Source: Syntrophales bacterium (GTDB lineage Bacteria > Desulfobacterota > Syntrophia > Syntrophales > UBA6807). Taken from it: a stretch of 64,000 nucleotides of DNA. Below are positions 18,022-29,389 of the stretch, piece by piece. Within the stretch, counting starts at the first letter, position 1; every line of letters starts with the position of its first letter. The position numbers and the translations under genes were made by a program. The stretch spans positions 160,001-224,000 of the forward strand of contig JAXGPA010000004.1 of the NCBI GenBank assembly GCA_040767195.1. The letters run 5' to 3'. Below the pieces are notes generated by a model, which was not told where the DNA came from, searched no databases, and saw only the letters and a list, made by a program, of their open reading frames with translations.

Positions 18022-19431
18022 GTGAAAAAAGTCACCATCATCGGAGGCGGCCTGGCGGGATGCGAGGCCGCGTCGATCCTCGCGGAAAACGGCATTCCCG
18101 TCACCCTCTACGAGATGAAGCCCAGGCGCTTCTCTCCCGCTCACCGGTCACCCCTTCTGGCGGAACTCGTCTGCAGTAATTCCCTGCGTTCCGCCGACCG
18201 GGAAAGCGCTGTCGGCCTCCTGAAGGAGGAAATGCGGCTCCTGGGGTCTCTCGTCATGGCGGCGGCGGACCGGACGGCCGTCCCGGCGGGAAAGGCCCTG
18301 GCAGTGAACCGGACACTCTTCTCCCGGCATGTGGAAGACGCCCTCGCAAACAGGCGGGACCTGCAGATCGTCCGGGAGGAATGCCAGGCGGTACCCCGTG
18401 AAGGGACGGTCATCGTTGCCGCCGGCCCCCTGGCCTCGGAGTCCCTCACGGAGGACCTTCTCCGTCTCACCGGTAAGGACCATCTCTACTTTTACGATGC
18501 CATCTCGCCGATCGTTTACGGCGACTCTATAGACAGGAATCGCGTTTTCCAGGCCTCCCGGTATGGAAAAGGTGACAGCGACTACCTGAACTGCCCTTTC
18601 ACGGAAGAGGAGTACCGCCTGTTTCTGGAAACCCTTCTCGCGGGGCGGGAGACGCCCCTGAGACCCTTCGAGGACCCCCGCTTTTTCGAAGGATGCCTGC
18701 CTATCGAAGTCCTGGCTCGCCGGGGGGAGGACACGCTGCGGTACGGCCCCATGAAACCGGTGGGACTGGTGGATCCGCGGACGGGAAAGCAGCCCTGGGC
18801 CGTCCTGCAGTTGCGCATGGAAAACCGGGAGGGGACCCTTTACAATCTCGTAGGGTTCCAGACGAAGCTCGCCCGTCCCGAGCAGGAACGAATTTTTCGT
18901 CTCATACCGGGACTGGAAAAAGCGGTATTCGCCCGGTTCGGAAGCATCCACAGAAACACCTTCATCCATTCCCCGGGTCTCCTCGACGAGAGCCTCCGTT
19001 TCAAGGGCCGGGACACCCTCTTTTTCGCCGGACAGATCACCGGCGTGGAGGGGTACGTCGAGTCGGCGGCCTCGGGGCTCCTGGCGGGTATGAGCGCCGC
19101 CCTTTTCGTCACCGGAAGACCCTTCCCGCCGCCGCCGCGCACAACGGCACTGGGGGCACTCCTGAACCACGTGACGGCCGTGCCGGCGGGTCCGTTTCAG
19201 CCCATGAACATCAATTTTGGCCTCTTCCCCCCCTTGCCGGGAAAAGTCCCCAAAAGGCTCCGGGGGCGGTCTTACGGGGACCGGGCCCTGGCGGAACTGG
19301 CGGCCTGGAAAGACGAAGTAGGCCTCCGTTTCCGGGGAGATCTTCCGGGCCGGGGCGCGGAACGGGGCGACTGCGATAAGGAAGGGCAGGCCGGATGCAC
19401 CGGCACGGATGGACCGTCAGCAGTGGAATGA
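18022..19431 (+). CDS. trmFO: Folate/FAD-dependent tRNA (uracil-5)-methyltransferase TrmFO (Gid)
   Basis: GTG start after [44 protein letters not shown]. Confidence 0.95.
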   Translation: MKKVTIIGGGLAGCEAASILAENGIPVTLYEMKPRRFSPAHRSPLLAELVCSNSLRSADRESAVGLLKEEMRLLGSLVMAAADRTAVPAGKALAVNRTLFSRHVEDALANRRDLQIVREECQAVPREGTVIVAAGPLASESLTEDLLRLTGKDHLYFYDAISPIVYGDSIDRNRVFQASRYGKGDSDYLNCPFTEEEYRLFLETLLAGRETPLRPFEDPRFFEGCLPIEVLARRGEDTLRYGPMKPVGLVDPRTGKQPWAVLQLRMENREGTLYNLVGFQTKLARPEQERIFRLIPGLEKAVFARFGSIHRNTFIHSPGLLDESLRFKGRDTLFFAGQITGVEGYVESAASGLLAGMSAALFVTGRPFPPPPRTTALGALLNHVTAVPAGPFQPMNINFGLFPPLPGKVPKRLRGRSYGDRALAELAAWKDEVGLRFRGDLPGRGAERGDCDKEGQAGCTGTDGPSAVE

Positions 19432-19492
19432 CATCTCCCGTGATGCCGGCCGACGTGCAGGGCCGACGCGACGGGAGGAAGGAGATAACAGA

Positions 19493-19888
19493 ATGGACGT
19501 ACCGTTTCAGTACAAGGACACGATCCTTGAACACCTGGGGATCGAGTTCCGGGAAATGTCCCGGGAAAGAATGGTCCTCACCATGCCCGTCGACGGCCGG
19601 ACACGGCAGTACACCGGCTCCATCCACGGGGGCGCGTCGGCGGTTCTCGCCGAGACGGCCGGGGGCATCGGGGCGTGGATGAACGTGAATCCGAAAAAGC
19701 AGACCGTTGCGGGCCTGGAGCTGAACATCAACCACCTGAGGCCCGTTTCCGACGGCCTCGTGACGGCCACCGCCACGCCCTACCACAACGGCCGGAAAAC
19801 GGCGGTCTGGGAAGTCCGGATCACCGATGAAAAAATGAGGCTCATCGCGGTGGCCCGGTGCACCCTGGCCATCCTCGATCTCCCCTGA
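19493..19888 (+). CDS. PaaI/hotdog-fold thioesterase
   Basis: Q..G.IHGGAS.VLAET, GLELNINHLR, VWEVRI. Confidence 0.88.
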   Translation: MDVPFQYKDTILEHLGIEFREMSRERMVLTMPVDGRTRQYTGSIHGGASAVLAETAGGIGAWMNVNPKKQTVAGLELNINHLRPVSDGLVTATATPYHNGRKTAVWEVRITDEKMRLIAVARCTLAILDLP

Positions 19889-19894
19889 AACCGG

Positions 19895-20683
19895 TCACTC
19901 CCTTACACGGCCTCCCGCGGCGGCGTTTCGGTCGTAGATCATTCGAAGGCCGTCCAGCGTGAGGACCTCATCGACGACGTCGATGGACCGGGTTTCCGGG
20001 GCGATATTCCGGGCGAGACCGCCCGTGGCGATGACCCGGGAGTCCTTGCGGATCTCTTTTTTCATCCGCTCCACGATGCCGTCCACGAGGCCCGCATACC
20101 CGTACATGATCCCCGCCTGCATGCTGCTCACGGTGTCCTTGGCTATGATGACACGGGGACGGCTGAATTCCACCCGGGGCAGCTTGGAAGCCCGGACAAA
20201 GAGGGCCTCGGAAGAGATGGCCATGCCCGGGGCGATGCAGCCTCCCATGTACTCCCCCCGGGCCGTCACGTGGTCGAACGTGGTGGCCGTCCCGAAATCG
20301 ACCACGATGAGTTCCCCGCCGTATTTCTCATGGGCCGCCACGGCGTTCACGATGCGGTCGGCACCCACTTCCTTGGGGTTGTCGTAAAATATGGGCATCC
20401 CCGTCCGGATGCCGGGACCGACGATGAGGGGTTTCTTTTTGAAATATTTCTCGCACAGGGGCTCGAGAATGTTCAGCATGGGGGGAACGACGCAGGAGAT
20501 GATGATGTCCTTGATCATTCCGGGGTCCACGCTGAAAACGCTGCAGAGATTCAGAATCTTGATCCCGTACTCGTCGACGGTGTGGTTCACGACCGTTCGG
20601 ATCCGCCAGTCGTGAAGGAGAACCTCTCCCTGGTACAGGCCGATCACCGTATTCGAGTTCCCGACGTCGATGACTAACAGCAT
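19895..20683 (-). CDS. coaX: Type III pantothenate kinase
   Basis: [34 protein letters not shown]. Confidence 0.95.
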   Translation of the reverse strand: MLLVIDVGNSNTVIGLYQGEVLLHDWRIRTVVNHTVDEYGIKILNLCSVFSVDPGMIKDIIISCVVPPMLNILEPLCEKYFKKKPLIVGPGIRTGMPIFYDNPKEVGADRIVNAVAAHEKYGGELIVVDFGTATTFDHVTARGEYMGGCIAPGMAISSEALFVRASKLPRVEFSRPRVIIAKDTVSSMQAGIMYGYAGLVDGIVERMKKEIRKDSRVIATGGLARNIAPETRSIDVVDEVLTLDGLRMIYDRNAAAGGRVRE

Positions 20684-21468
20684 AGGTTTTCTCCCACGAG
20701 CGAAATGTCCCCGGCGTAAACGGCTTCCCGCCGCCCTTCCCGATCGAGGATCAGAAGAGCCCCCGAGGAATCCAGGTCGAAGACCGTCCCTTCCACCTCC
20801 TTGCCGCCGTTTCGGACCGTCACGGTCTTCCCGAGGATGCCCGACAGCGCCAGCCACCGCTCCCGGACGGCGGCAAACCCCGTCCGCCGGTGGCGGTCAT
20901 ACCACGTCTCGAGAAGCGTGAAAAGGGTCTTCGCGAAATCGACCCGGTCGATCTCCCGTCCCGCCTCCTCCCGGAGAGACGTGGCAATCTCCCGCAAATC
21001 CTCGGGGAACTCTTCCCGTTTCAGGTTCACGTTGATGCCGATGCCCACGATGACATGCTCCACACGCCCCCCCCGGGTGCGCATCTCCGTCAGGATCCCG
21101 CAGGCCTTCCGTCCCCCGATGAGAACGTCGTTGGGCCATTTCACGGTGGCACCGGGACAGACCCGGGACAGGGTCTCGGTGACGGCGACGCCGGTGACGA
21201 GCGTGATTTGGGGGGCATCCCCGGCGGGAATGTCCGGTTTCAGGAGAACGGACACGTAGAGGTTCCGTCCCGGCGGGGATTGCCAGACGCGGCCGAGCCG
21301 GCCCCGGCCCCGGGTCTGGCAGTCGGCGACGACCGCCGTGCCCTCCGGCGCGCCCTCCTGGGCGAGAAGGGCCAGGCGGGAATTCGTGGAATCCACTTCC
21401 TCGATGAAGTGGAGGGGCCTCCCGAGCCAGCCCGACGGGACGAAATCTGTCATCATTCTCGATTTCAT
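20674..21468 (-). CDS. birA: Biotin-protein ligase (no N-terminal HTH)
   Basis: [33 protein letters not shown]. Confidence 0.93.
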   Translation of the reverse strand: MKSRMMTDFVPSGWLGRPLHFIEEVDSTNSRLALLAQEGAPEGTAVVADCQTRGRGRLGRVWQSPPGRNLYVSVLLKPDIPAGDAPQITLVTGVAVTETLSRVCPGATVKWPNDVLIGGRKACGILTEMRTRGGRVEHVIVGIGINVNLKREEFPEDLREIATSLREEAGREIDRVDFAKTLFTLLETWYDRHRRTGFAAVRERWLALSGILGKTVTVRNGGKEVEGTVFDLDSSGALLILDREGRREAVYAGDISLVGENLCC

Positions 21469-21483
21469 CGCGTCAACCCGACC

Positions 21484-22356
21484 CTACAAGGCTCCCTTCA
21501 GAACCAGGTTGAGGGAGATGTCCGCCGCCTTCACCGAGTGGGTCAGGGCGCCCACGGAAATGAAGTCCACACCCGTTTCCGCCACGTCCCGGACATTGTC
21601 GAGGCCGATACCGCCGGACGCTTCCAGGAGCACCCGGCCGTTCACCAGGGCCACGGCCTCCCGCATCATGGCCGGAGGCATGTTGTCCAGCATGATGATG
21701 GACGCGCCGGCGTCGAGGGCCTCCCGGACTTCCTCGAGCGTCCGGGTTTCCACCTCGATCCGGAAAACATGGGACAGCTGCTCCGCGCATCTCCGGACGG
21801 CCTTCGTGATGCCGCCGGCAGCCCGGATGTGGTTGTCCTTGATGAGAACGCCCCCGGAGAGACCGAAACGATGGTTCGTGCAGCCCCCCACCCGGACGGC
21901 GTACTTGTCCAGCTCCCGGAAGCCCGGAACGGTCTTGCGGGTGTCCAGGACCCGGGCGCCGGTCCCCCGGACCCGCTCCGCGTACCGCCGGCTCTCCGTG
22001 GCGATTCCGCACATCCTCTGGAAAATGTTGAGCGCCGTCCTCTCGGCGAGGAGAATGGACGAGGCGTTTCCCCGGATGGCTGAAACGACCTGCCCCGGGG
22101 GGACCCTTTCCCCCTCGGTCACAGAGGCCCGGGTCTCGAGATCCGAATCCACCAGGGTAAAGACCCGGTGAAAAACGGCAAGGCCAGCCACGACCATCTC
22201 TTCTTTTGCCGTGGCCTCGGCAAGGCCCCTTTCCCGGCCGGTCAGGCAGGCCCGGGTCGTCACATCCCCCGTTCCCGCATCCTCCTCCAGAGCCCGGTGG
22301 ATAAGACGATCCAGGGCGGGGCGGAAGAGTTCGCTCACGTCCCCTATTTCTCCCAT
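21484..22356 (-). CDS. nadC: Quinolinate phosphoribosyltransferase
   Basis: ALEED...GDVTT, ERTALN, DTRKT.PG, LIKDNH, MLDN, EASGG. Confidence 0.96.
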   Translation of the reverse strand: MGEIGDVSELFRPALDRLIHRALEEDAGTGDVTTRACLTGRERGLAEATAKEEMVVAGLAVFHRVFTLVDSDLETRASVTEGERVPPGQVVSAIRGNASSILLAERTALNIFQRMCGIATESRRYAERVRGTGARVLDTRKTVPGFRELDKYAVRVGGCTNHRFGLSGGVLIKDNHIRAAGGITKAVRRCAEQLSHVFRIEVETRTLEEVREALDAGASIIMLDNMPPAMMREAVALVNGRVLLEASGGIGLDNVRDVAETGVDFISVGALTHSVKAADISLNLVLKGAL

Positions 22357-25004
22357 TCTTTGAGCCTGTTCAGGGCCCCTTCCAGGACCTGGTTCTTCTC
22401 CCGGAGGGTCTGAAATTTCGATTCTTCCTTGGCCACGATCTCGGGGGCCGCCTTTTCACGGAAATCCCGGTTCGCCAGTTTTCGGGACACCACCTGGAGG
22501 TCCCGGCCGATTTTGGCGATTTCCTTTTCCAGGCGGGCCTTTTCCACGGAGAAATCGATCATGCCCTCCAGGAAGACATAGACCTTCACGGGACCGGCCA
22601 CCCCGGTGGCCACCTGCTTCGGTTCCTCGGCGATTTCCCCGACCACCTCCAGGGATTCCAGGTTCGCCAGCTCCACGAGATAAGGAAGGGCGGACCCGAT
22701 GAGGGCGCGGTCCTTTTCACCGGGCGCCAGGGCGAGGACACGGAGTTTCCGCGACGGCGCCAGGTTCACCTCCCCCCGGATATTCCGGACGGCGGTGACC
22801 ATGTCCTGGAGGAGCAGGGCGTCCGAAACGGCCTCCTCGTCGGCCAGGGCGGCGTCCTCCGCGGGAAAGGGGCTGACCATGATGGACCCTTCTTCGAGGG
22901 AAACCCGCTGGTAGATCTCTTCCGTCACGAAGGGCATGAAGGGGTGGAGGAGTTTCACCGTCGTGACGAGAACCTTCCGGAGCGTGTCCCGGGCGGCGTC
23001 CTTCTCCCGCTTGGCCGCTTCCCCGTAGAGGACCGGCTTGATCCACTCCAGGTACCAGTCGCAGAATTCCCGCCAGATGAACTGGTACAGCGCGGAGGCC
23101 GCCTCGTTGAAACGGTACTCGTCGAGATGCCGCGTGACCTCCGAAACGGTCCGGTTCATCCGGTCCAGGATCCAGCGGTCGAAGAGGCCGTAGTCCTCGC
23201 CCTTGAGCGGCGCCTTCGGGGAGCCTTCTTCCAGGTTCATGAGGGAGAACCGGGCGGCGTTCCAGATCTTGTTCACGAAATTCCGGTAGCCCTCGATCCG
23301 GTCCTCGGACATGCGCACGTCCCGTCCCTGGGCGGTGAAAGCCGCCAGGGTGAAACGGAAGGCGTCGGCCCCGAACTTGTCGATCATGTGAAGGGGGTCG
23401 ATGATATTTCCCTTGGACTTGCTCATCTTGTCGCCCTCTTCGTCCCGGACGAGGGCGTGAAGATAGACGTCCCGGAAGGGCACGTCCTTCATGATGTAAA
23501 TACCCATCATCATCATCCGGGCCACCCAGAAGAAGAGGATGTCGAAACCCGTGACGAGGAGGGACGTGGGATAGAAGGTTTTCAGGGCCTCCGTGTCGTC
23601 GGGCCACCCCAGGGTGGAAAAGGGCCACAGGGCGGAGCTGAACCAGGTGTCGAGGACGTCCTCGTCCTGCCGGATGGCCGACCCCTTGCAGTGCATGCAT
23701 CCATCGGGCTCGTCGGTGGAAACGGTCATCTCGCCGCAATCGTCGCAGTACCAGACGGGAATGCGGTGTCCCCACCAGATCTGCCGCGAAATGCACCAGT
23801 CCCGGATGTTGTCCATCCAGTCGAAATACGTCCCCTCCCACATTTTCGGGACGATACGGGTTTTTCCCTTGATGACCGCAGCCGAGGCCGCCTTCGCCAG
23901 GGGTTTCACCTGGACGAACCACTGCTTCGATATGGCCGGCTCGATGACGGTCTTGCAGCGATAGCAGCGTCCCACGTTGTGGGTATAAGGCTCTTCCTTG
24001 ATGAGATAATCCCCTTTTTTCAGGTCTTCGATGACGTTCTTCCGGGCGGTGTAGCGGTCCTGGCCGCGGTAGGGGCCGCCGTTTTCGTTGATGACGGCAC
24101 TGCCGTCCATGATGATGACGATCTCGATGTCGTGGCGCTGGGCCATGGCGAAGTCGTTGGGATCGCACGAAGGGGTGATCTTCACGGCCCCGGTCCCGAA
24201 TTCGACGGCCACGTAGTCGTCGGCGATGACCGGGATTTCCTTGTTCATGAGAGGCAGGATCACCGTTTTCCCGACAACGTCCCTGTAGCGGGCGTCCTCG
24301 GGATTGACCGCCACCGCCGTGTCGCCCAGCATGGTCTCCGGCCGCGTCGTCGCCACGACGATCTCGCCTTTCCCGTCGGCGTAAGGATAGCGGATATACC
24401 AGAGTCCGCCTTTTTCTTCCTCGTACTCCACTTCCAGGTCCGATATGGCCGTGTGGCACCGGGGGCACCAGTTCACGATGTAATCTCCCCGGTAGATGAG
24501 GCCGTCCCGGTACAGCCGGACGAAGACCTCCCGGACGGCCCGGGAAAGCCCCTCGTCCATGGTGAACCGTTCCCGTTCCCAGTCGCAGGAGCATCCCAGC
24601 TTCTCCAGCTGGTTGAGAATGATACCGCCGTATTTCTCCCGCCATTCCCAGACCTTCTCGATGAACTTTTCCCGCCCCAGGTCGTGCCGGGTCTGTCCCT
24701 TCCGGGCCAGGTCCTGTTCCACCACGTTCTGCGTGGCGATCCCCGCGTGGTCCGTTCCGGGCATCCACAGGGTGTTGCACCCCTGCATGCGGCGGAAGCG
24801 GATCATGATATCCTGCAGGGTGTTGTTCAGGGCGTGCCCCATGTGGAGCATCCCCGTGACGTTCGGCGGAGGGATGACGATGGAATAGGGTTTCCGGTCA
24901 CTTCTGTCCTCCCCGTGAAAAAACCCCGACTGCTTCCACCAGGGGTACCACCTGGACTCCACCTCTCGGGGTTCATACGACTTGCTCAAGGTCTCCTTTT
25001 CCAT
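22344..25004 (-). CDS. valS: Valyl-tRNA synthetase
   Basis: PPPNVTG.LHMGH, DHAGIATQ, WCISRQIWWGH, KMSKSKGN. Confidence 0.98.
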   Translation of the reverse strand: MEKETLSKSYEPREVESRWYPWWKQSGFFHGEDRSDRKPYSIVIPPPNVTGMLHMGHALNNTLQDIMIRFRRMQGCNTLWMPGTDHAGIATQNVVEQDLARKGQTRHDLGREKFIEKVWEWREKYGGIILNQLEKLGCSCDWERERFTMDEGLSRAVREVFVRLYRDGLIYRGDYIVNWCPRCHTAISDLEVEYEEEKGGLWYIRYPYADGKGEIVVATTRPETMLGDTAVAVNPEDARYRDVVGKTVILPLMNKEIPVIADDYVAVEFGTGAVKITPSCDPNDFAMAQRHDIEIVIIMDGSAVINENGGPYRGQDRYTARKNVIEDLKKGDYLIKEEPYTHNVGRCYRCKTVIEPAISKQWFVQVKPLAKAASAAVIKGKTRIVPKMWEGTYFDWMDNIRDWCISRQIWWGHRIPVWYCDDCGEMTVSTDEPDGCMHCKGSAIRQDEDVLDTWFSSALWPFSTLGWPDDTEALKTFYPTSLLVTGFDILFFWVARMMMMGIYIMKDVPFRDVYLHALVRDEEGDKMSKSKGNIIDPLHMIDKFGADAFRFTLAAFTAQGRDVRMSEDRIEGYRNFVNKIWNAARFSLMNLEEGSPKAPLKGEDYGLFDRWILDRMNRTVSEVTRHLDEYRFNEAASALYQFIWREFCDWYLEWIKPVLYGEAAKREKDAARDTLRKVLVTTVKLLHPFMPFVTEEIYQRVSLEEGSIMVSPFPAEDAALADEEAVSDALLLQDMVTAVRNIRGEVNLAPSRKLRVLALAPGEKDRALIGSALPYLVELANLESLEVVGEIAEEPKQVATGVAGPVKVYVFLEGMIDFSVEKARLEKEIAKIGRDLQVVSRKLANRDFREKAAPEIVAKEESKFQTLREKNQVLEGALNRLKEWEK

Positions 25005-25039
25005 CTTCCCTCTCCGGCTTTTTTCGCGTATCAAAGAGA

Positions 25040-25067
25040 AGGCGTAAGGCCTGCGGGCCTTACGCCT
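25040..25067 (-). terminator. Perfect 12-bp hairpin between the TPR-SLH gene and valS; possible terminator
   Basis: AGGCGTAAGGCC-tgcg-GGCCTTACGCCT followed on the minus strand by TCTCTTT. Confidence 0.5.
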
Positions 25068-25142
25068 CAACGGATGCTGTCGGCCGCCGTCTTCAGAAAA
25101 ACGGCTCCCTTCTTTTTTCCTTCATCACCCTCGAGGGGGCCA

Positions 25143-26306
25143 TCACAGTTTCAACTGCTCCTGGATATTCCGGATAATCAGGAGTGCGTCGGCCCCGGAA
25201 ACGGGTCCCAGGGGAACGAACTCGCCGGAGGTGATGTCCTGGGCTTCCATGATGCCCCGGGTGGTCACCACCATGACGGCGTTGAAATAGGGAAGATCGC
25301 TCCGGAGGTCAGGGAAAGGCGACGGGGAACCAATGAACTTGGTGGCAAGCCCCGGATCCTGTCCCACCTTCATGAGAATGTCCTCGATCATCATGGCATA
25401 GGCCGCCCGGGTGATCAGGTCGCCGGGGTAAAATCTCCCGTCGGGATTCACCTCGAGACCCCGAACGCCCATGGCGAGGATCCCCTCGACGTCGTTCTTC
25501 AGGGGGTGATCACCGATATCCGAGGCGGAGGGGAGGGCCGCCTTCTCCTTCGCCATCTTGTACTTTTCCGGGTCCACGAAGGACGTGTCGAAGGTCCTCA
25601 CGCCGAAACGCTTGTAAAGCTCGTCGATCTTCAGCTCCTCCATGAAGAGGGCCGCCAGGTCCGCCCGGGTGATCTTGTCCACCAAGGCGATCTGTTTACC
25701 CGTCCGGCTCCCCGGCATGGCCCGCTCGATCTTCTGCATGAGCTTCCATTCCCTGTCCGCCTCGCGGGTGTATTCGCCCTTCAGCTCGATGACCTGGACG
25801 AACATGTCCCCGGCCTTGCGGAACTCGTAGGCCGTCTTGTAGGCGATTCCCATGAAATAGTAAGCCGCCGACGATTCTGGCTGTTCGTCCAGGGCGTCCT
25901 CGAACTCGTCTTCCGCGTCATCGAGCCAGTCTTCGTCTGGTTTCGCCAGGGTCAGGTAGCGGATCATGGCGACATGATAAAAAGCCTTGTCTTCCTTGGT
26001 CTTGGCGTACTTGTCCGCCTTGTCCATCTGGTCCTCCGCCTCGTCGTAGTTCCCCTGGGAGGCCAGGACGAGCCCCTTTCCCGCGTAAGCCCGGGAGAAT
26101 TTCGGATCGAGCTGGAGAGCCGACTCGAATTCCTCAAGCGCCTTGTCGTATTTTTGCTGGTCCAGGAACTTCATACCCGTGTAGGTGTGATGAGCCGGCG
26201 TGTCGAGCTGGCTTACGGGCTTTCGGGCCTTGGGTCCGCAGGCGAACAGAAGAGACAGGCCCGCGACGATGGCCAGGAAAACAATAAGTTTCCTATGCTT
26301 TTTCAT
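25143..26306 (-). CDS. Lipoprotein with TPR repeats and S-layer homology (SLH) domains
   Basis: GGAGG SD; lipobox LLFAC; TPR-like A..LDP....AY.G.G; SLH motifs ITRADLA, DI..H....., F.P...ITRA, FPDL. Confidence 0.75.
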   Translation of the reverse strand: MKKHRKLIVFLAIVAGLSLLFACGPKARKPVSQLDTPAHHTYTGMKFLDQQKYDKALEEFESALQLDPKFSRAYAGKGLVLASQGNYDEAEDQMDKADKYAKTKEDKAFYHVAMIRYLTLAKPDEDWLDDAEDEFEDALDEQPESSAAYYFMGIAYKTAYEFRKAGDMFVQVIELKGEYTREADREWKLMQKIERAMPGSRTGKQIALVDKITRADLAALFMEELKIDELYKRFGVRTFDTSFVDPEKYKMAKEKAALPSASDIGDHPLKNDVEGILAMGVRGLEVNPDGRFYPGDLITRAAYAMMIEDILMKVGQDPGLATKFIGSPSPFPDLRSDLPYFNAVMVVTTRGIMEAQDITSGEFVPLGPVSGADALLIIRNIQEQLKL

Positions 26307-26417
26307 ATCCTCCTCCTTGTCGTGGCTCTCTTTAACCCTGAAATGAATCCCGATAAACGATACGTCTTTGATTTTTAGCTTCATCAACCGATGAAGTCAA
26401 GGAAATTTACCTGTCTT

Positions 26418-27380
26418 TCAGCCTCTCACGCCATTCGTTTCCCGCCTCAGGAAGGCGTCGACCCGCCGAGCGATTCCTTCCCCGTCATCGGGAGAATACC
26501 ACTCGATCTGTCTGTCCTTTTTGAACCACGTCTCCTGCCGCTTCGCATACAGCCGGGTTTCCCTCCCGATGGCCCCGGCGAGACCGGGAAGGTCCCCCTC
26601 GCCCCGGAGATACCGGAACACGGGGCGGTACGTGAGGGTCTGCAGGGGTTTCAGGCTCTCATCGTATCCCCGTTCGACAAGTCCTTCCGTTTCCGCGACG
26701 AGACCTTCCCGGATCATTTCCTCAACCCGGCGGTCGATCCTCGCGAAGAGATCCTTCCGTTCCCTGGCGAGACCGATGGACAGAACCCGGTAGCGCCTCT
26801 GCCTGAAACCGTGCTCTTTCTGCTGTGCCGTTATGGTCCGTCCGGAAGACTCATACACCTCCAGGGCCCGCATGATGCGCACGGCGTCGTTTTTGTGTAT
26901 CCTCCCGGCCGACTCGGGGTCCACCCGGGCGAGTCTCTCGAAAAGAAGGGAGAGCCCGTGACGAGCCATCTCCTCCCTCAATCGCTTCCTGACACGGGGA
27001 TCCGCCCCGGTGAGCGACGCGAGGCCCCCGAGAAGGGCCCGGAGATAAAGGCCCGTCCCGCCGACCACCCAGATGACCTTCCCTGACCGGTGCAGGCTTT
27101 CGATGATCTCCCCGGCCCGGGCCGTGAAATCGGCGGCGCTGAAAGGCTCGTCCGGGTCGACCACGTCGATGAGGTGATGGGGGATGGCCTCCCGGACGGA
27201 CCGGGAGGGCTTCGCCGTACCGATGTCGAGGTAACGGTAAACCTGCATGGAGTCGGCACTGACGATCTCACCACCGAAAAACCCCGCGAGACGGATCACA
27301 AGGTCGGTCTTTCCCGTCGCCGTGGGACCGGTGAGCACGACGAGACGGGGCCTCTCCTCCTCCGCAGCGCGGGCCTTCAT
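26418..27380 (-). CDS. miaA: tRNA dimethylallyltransferase
   Basis: GPTATGKT, DSMQVY, IGTAKP, VGGTGLY, YAKRQ.TW. Confidence 0.96.
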   Translation of the reverse strand: MKARAAEEERPRLVVLTGPTATGKTDLVIRLAGFFGGEIVSADSMQVYRYLDIGTAKPSRSVREAIPHHLIDVVDPDEPFSAADFTARAGEIIESLHRSGKVIWVVGGTGLYLRALLGGLASLTGADPRVRKRLREEMARHGLSLLFERLARVDPESAGRIHKNDAVRIMRALEVYESSGRTITAQQKEHGFRQRRYRVLSIGLARERKDLFARIDRRVEEMIREGLVAETEGLVERGYDESLKPLQTLTYRPVFRYLRGEGDLPGLAGAIGRETRLYAKRQETWFKKDRQIEWYSPDDGEGIARRVDAFLRRETNGVRG

Positions 27381-27543
27381 TCCGGAAACCCTCCTCCCCC
27401 TGTCGTTCGGTTCAGGCGGCTTCGCAAAAGCAATCCAGCGGTTCCAGTCCCCGATTCGGAGAAACAGGCCGTCCCCGCCCGTTTCTCCCTTGAGATGCAC
27501 CGGTGCCGATATGTCATGGGAGGGGTTGGAAGGACGTTTTCCT

Positions 27544-29364
27544 TCACCGGTGGAACATCCTGTCCAGTTCCTTCCGGCCCAGGAAAACGATCACCGGTCT
27601 TCCGTGGGGGCAGGTGGACGCCGAGGGGGTTTCATCCATTTCCCTGAGCAGGGCCTTCACCTCCTCTTCCGCCAGGGGGGAACCGGCCTTTACGGCGCCC
27701 CGGCAGGCCAGGAACCTGAAACACTTTTCCTTCAGAGCGTCGAGCCGTTCCGCCCCGCCGACTTCGGACAGCGTTTCCAGGAGTTCCGGGAAAACGTTCT
27801 TCACCTCCCCCGGGGACAGGATCCCGGGACAGGATCTCAGGAGAACCGTCGAGCCCCCGTATGGCTCTGCGGAAATGCCGAGTTCGGCCAGATCCTCGCG
27901 GTGATTTTCAAAGATCCCGTACTGCCCGGGGGTGAGGCAGACGACCTCGGGAATGAGGAACCCCTGGACCTCTTCCTTTTTCCCGTGCCGCTTCTTCATT
28001 TTTTCGAAAAGGACCCGCTCGTGGGCGGCGTGCTGATCCAGGAGAACGATCCCCCGGGGAGACAGCAGGACCAGGAAGGCCCCGTCGAACTGCCCCAGGT
28101 AGCGGAGAGACCCGTAGGAAAGCGGCGGCGTCCCCTCTTCCGCCTCATCGCCTGGCCGTTCAGGGCCCAGCCCCTTCATCTGCCCCTCTTCCACGGAAAA
28201 GAGCCCCGCCTGCAGGCGGGGACGGAGGGAATACCGCCTGGCCGTGCCTCGCCCCGTCTCCGGGAAGAAAGGGGCGGGTTTTTTTTCTTTTTCCGTCTCC
28301 CTTTCCCATATCGGGGAAACGCCCCCGTGCGGGGAGGTGAGACGGGAGAGGGCCGATGACAGGGCCTCGGCGACGACCGGGTATACCTGCCGGGGATCCC
28401 TGAAGCGCACTTCCAGCTTGGCGGGATGGACGTTGACATCCACTTCTTCGTGAGGCACGGTGAGAAAGAGAAACAACAACGGGTAGCGCCTGGGTTCGAT
28501 GCGGTTTCTCAAGGCGGCGAAAACGGCGCCCGACAGAAGGCTGTCCCGGACCGGCCGGTTGTTGACGGCGAAATACATGGCCCGGGCGCTGGACCGGGTG
28601 TGCCCGGGCAGGGACACGTATCCCGCCACTTCCATTTCACCTGCCCTTCCCCGGAAAGGAACGTGTTTCTCGTGGAAATCCCTGCCGAAAAGAAGACACA
28701 GGCGGTCCGCCAGGCCCGTGTCGCCGGGAAGGGAAAGGAGTTCCCGGCCGCCGGCGACAAAGGAGAAGCGCACGTCCGGATGGCACAGGGCGAGGCCCGT
28801 GACGGCGTCTAAGCATTGGGCCTGTTCCGTCGCTTCTTTTTTCAGGAACTTTCTGCGGGCGGGTACAAAACGGAAAAGATCGGCCACCCGGACAATGGTC
28901 CCCTCGGGGCAGCCCGTTTCCTGGACCTCCTTGAAAACGCCGCCCTCGATGACAATCCGGGTACCTGAGACACCCCCCCGCTCACGGGTGATCATTTCGA
29001 CCCGGGAAACGGCGGCGATGCTTGGAAGGGCTTCTCCGCGAAAGCCGAAGGAGCGTATCCGGGACATCTCCTCGGCCGTGTAAATTTTGCTCGTGGCATG
29101 ACGCTCGAAGGCGAGGACGGCGTCTTCCCGGTTCATCCCCCAGCCGTCGTCGGCGACGCGGATGGATTCCACTCCCCCTTTTTCGATTTCCACGGCGATG
29201 TCCGCCGCTCCCGCATCGAGGGCGTTTTCCACCAGTTCCTTCACCACCGACGCGGGACGGCCGACCACCTCCCCGGCAGCGATCTGGTTGACGAGAGTCC
29301 CGGGCATGACGGCGATCCTTCGTTTTGCCGTCCCGTCTCCCTTTTCCGTAGCCCGATGATCCAT
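27544..29364 (-). CDS. mutL: DNA mismatch repair endonuclease MutL
   Basis: NQIAAGEVV, KELVENALDA, GFRGEAL, DVNVHPAK; endonuclease motifs DQHAAHERVLFE, ACR, CPHGRP. Confidence 0.97.
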   Translation of the reverse strand: MDHRATEKGDGTAKRRIAVMPGTLVNQIAAGEVVGRPASVVKELVENALDAGAADIAVEIEKGGVESIRVADDGWGMNREDAVLAFERHATSKIYTAEEMSRIRSFGFRGEALPSIAAVSRVEMITRERGGVSGTRIVIEGGVFKEVQETGCPEGTIVRVADLFRFVPARRKFLKKEATEQAQCLDAVTGLALCHPDVRFSFVAGGRELLSLPGDTGLADRLCLLFGRDFHEKHVPFRGRAGEMEVAGYVSLPGHTRSSARAMYFAVNNRPVRDSLLSGAVFAALRNRIEPRRYPLLFLFLTVPHEEVDVNVHPAKLEVRFRDPRQVYPVVAEALSSALSRLTSPHGGVSPIWERETEKEKKPAPFFPETGRGTARRYSLRPRLQAGLFSVEEGQMKGLGPERPGDEAEEGTPPLSYGSLRYLGQFDGAFLVLLSPRGIVLLDQHAAHERVLFEKMKKRHGKKEEVQGFLIPEVVCLTPGQYGIFENHREDLAELGISAEPYGGSTVLLRSCPGILSPGEVKNVFPELLETLSEVGGAERLDALKEKCFRFLACRGAVKAGSPLAEEEVKALLREMDETPSASTCPHGRPVIVFLGRKELDRMFHR

Positions 29365-29389
29365 CGGTTCGTCCCGTTTGTTCTTCCCG

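Noticed and set aside
25005..25142. Possible T-box leader upstream of valS
   Set aside because: Only about 140 nt and no T-box consensus; a single hairpin explains it
22944..26378. 1144-aa ORF on + strand
   Set aside because: Antisense shadow of valS and the TPR-SLH gene; no motifs; long reverse frames are expected in GC-rich coding DNA
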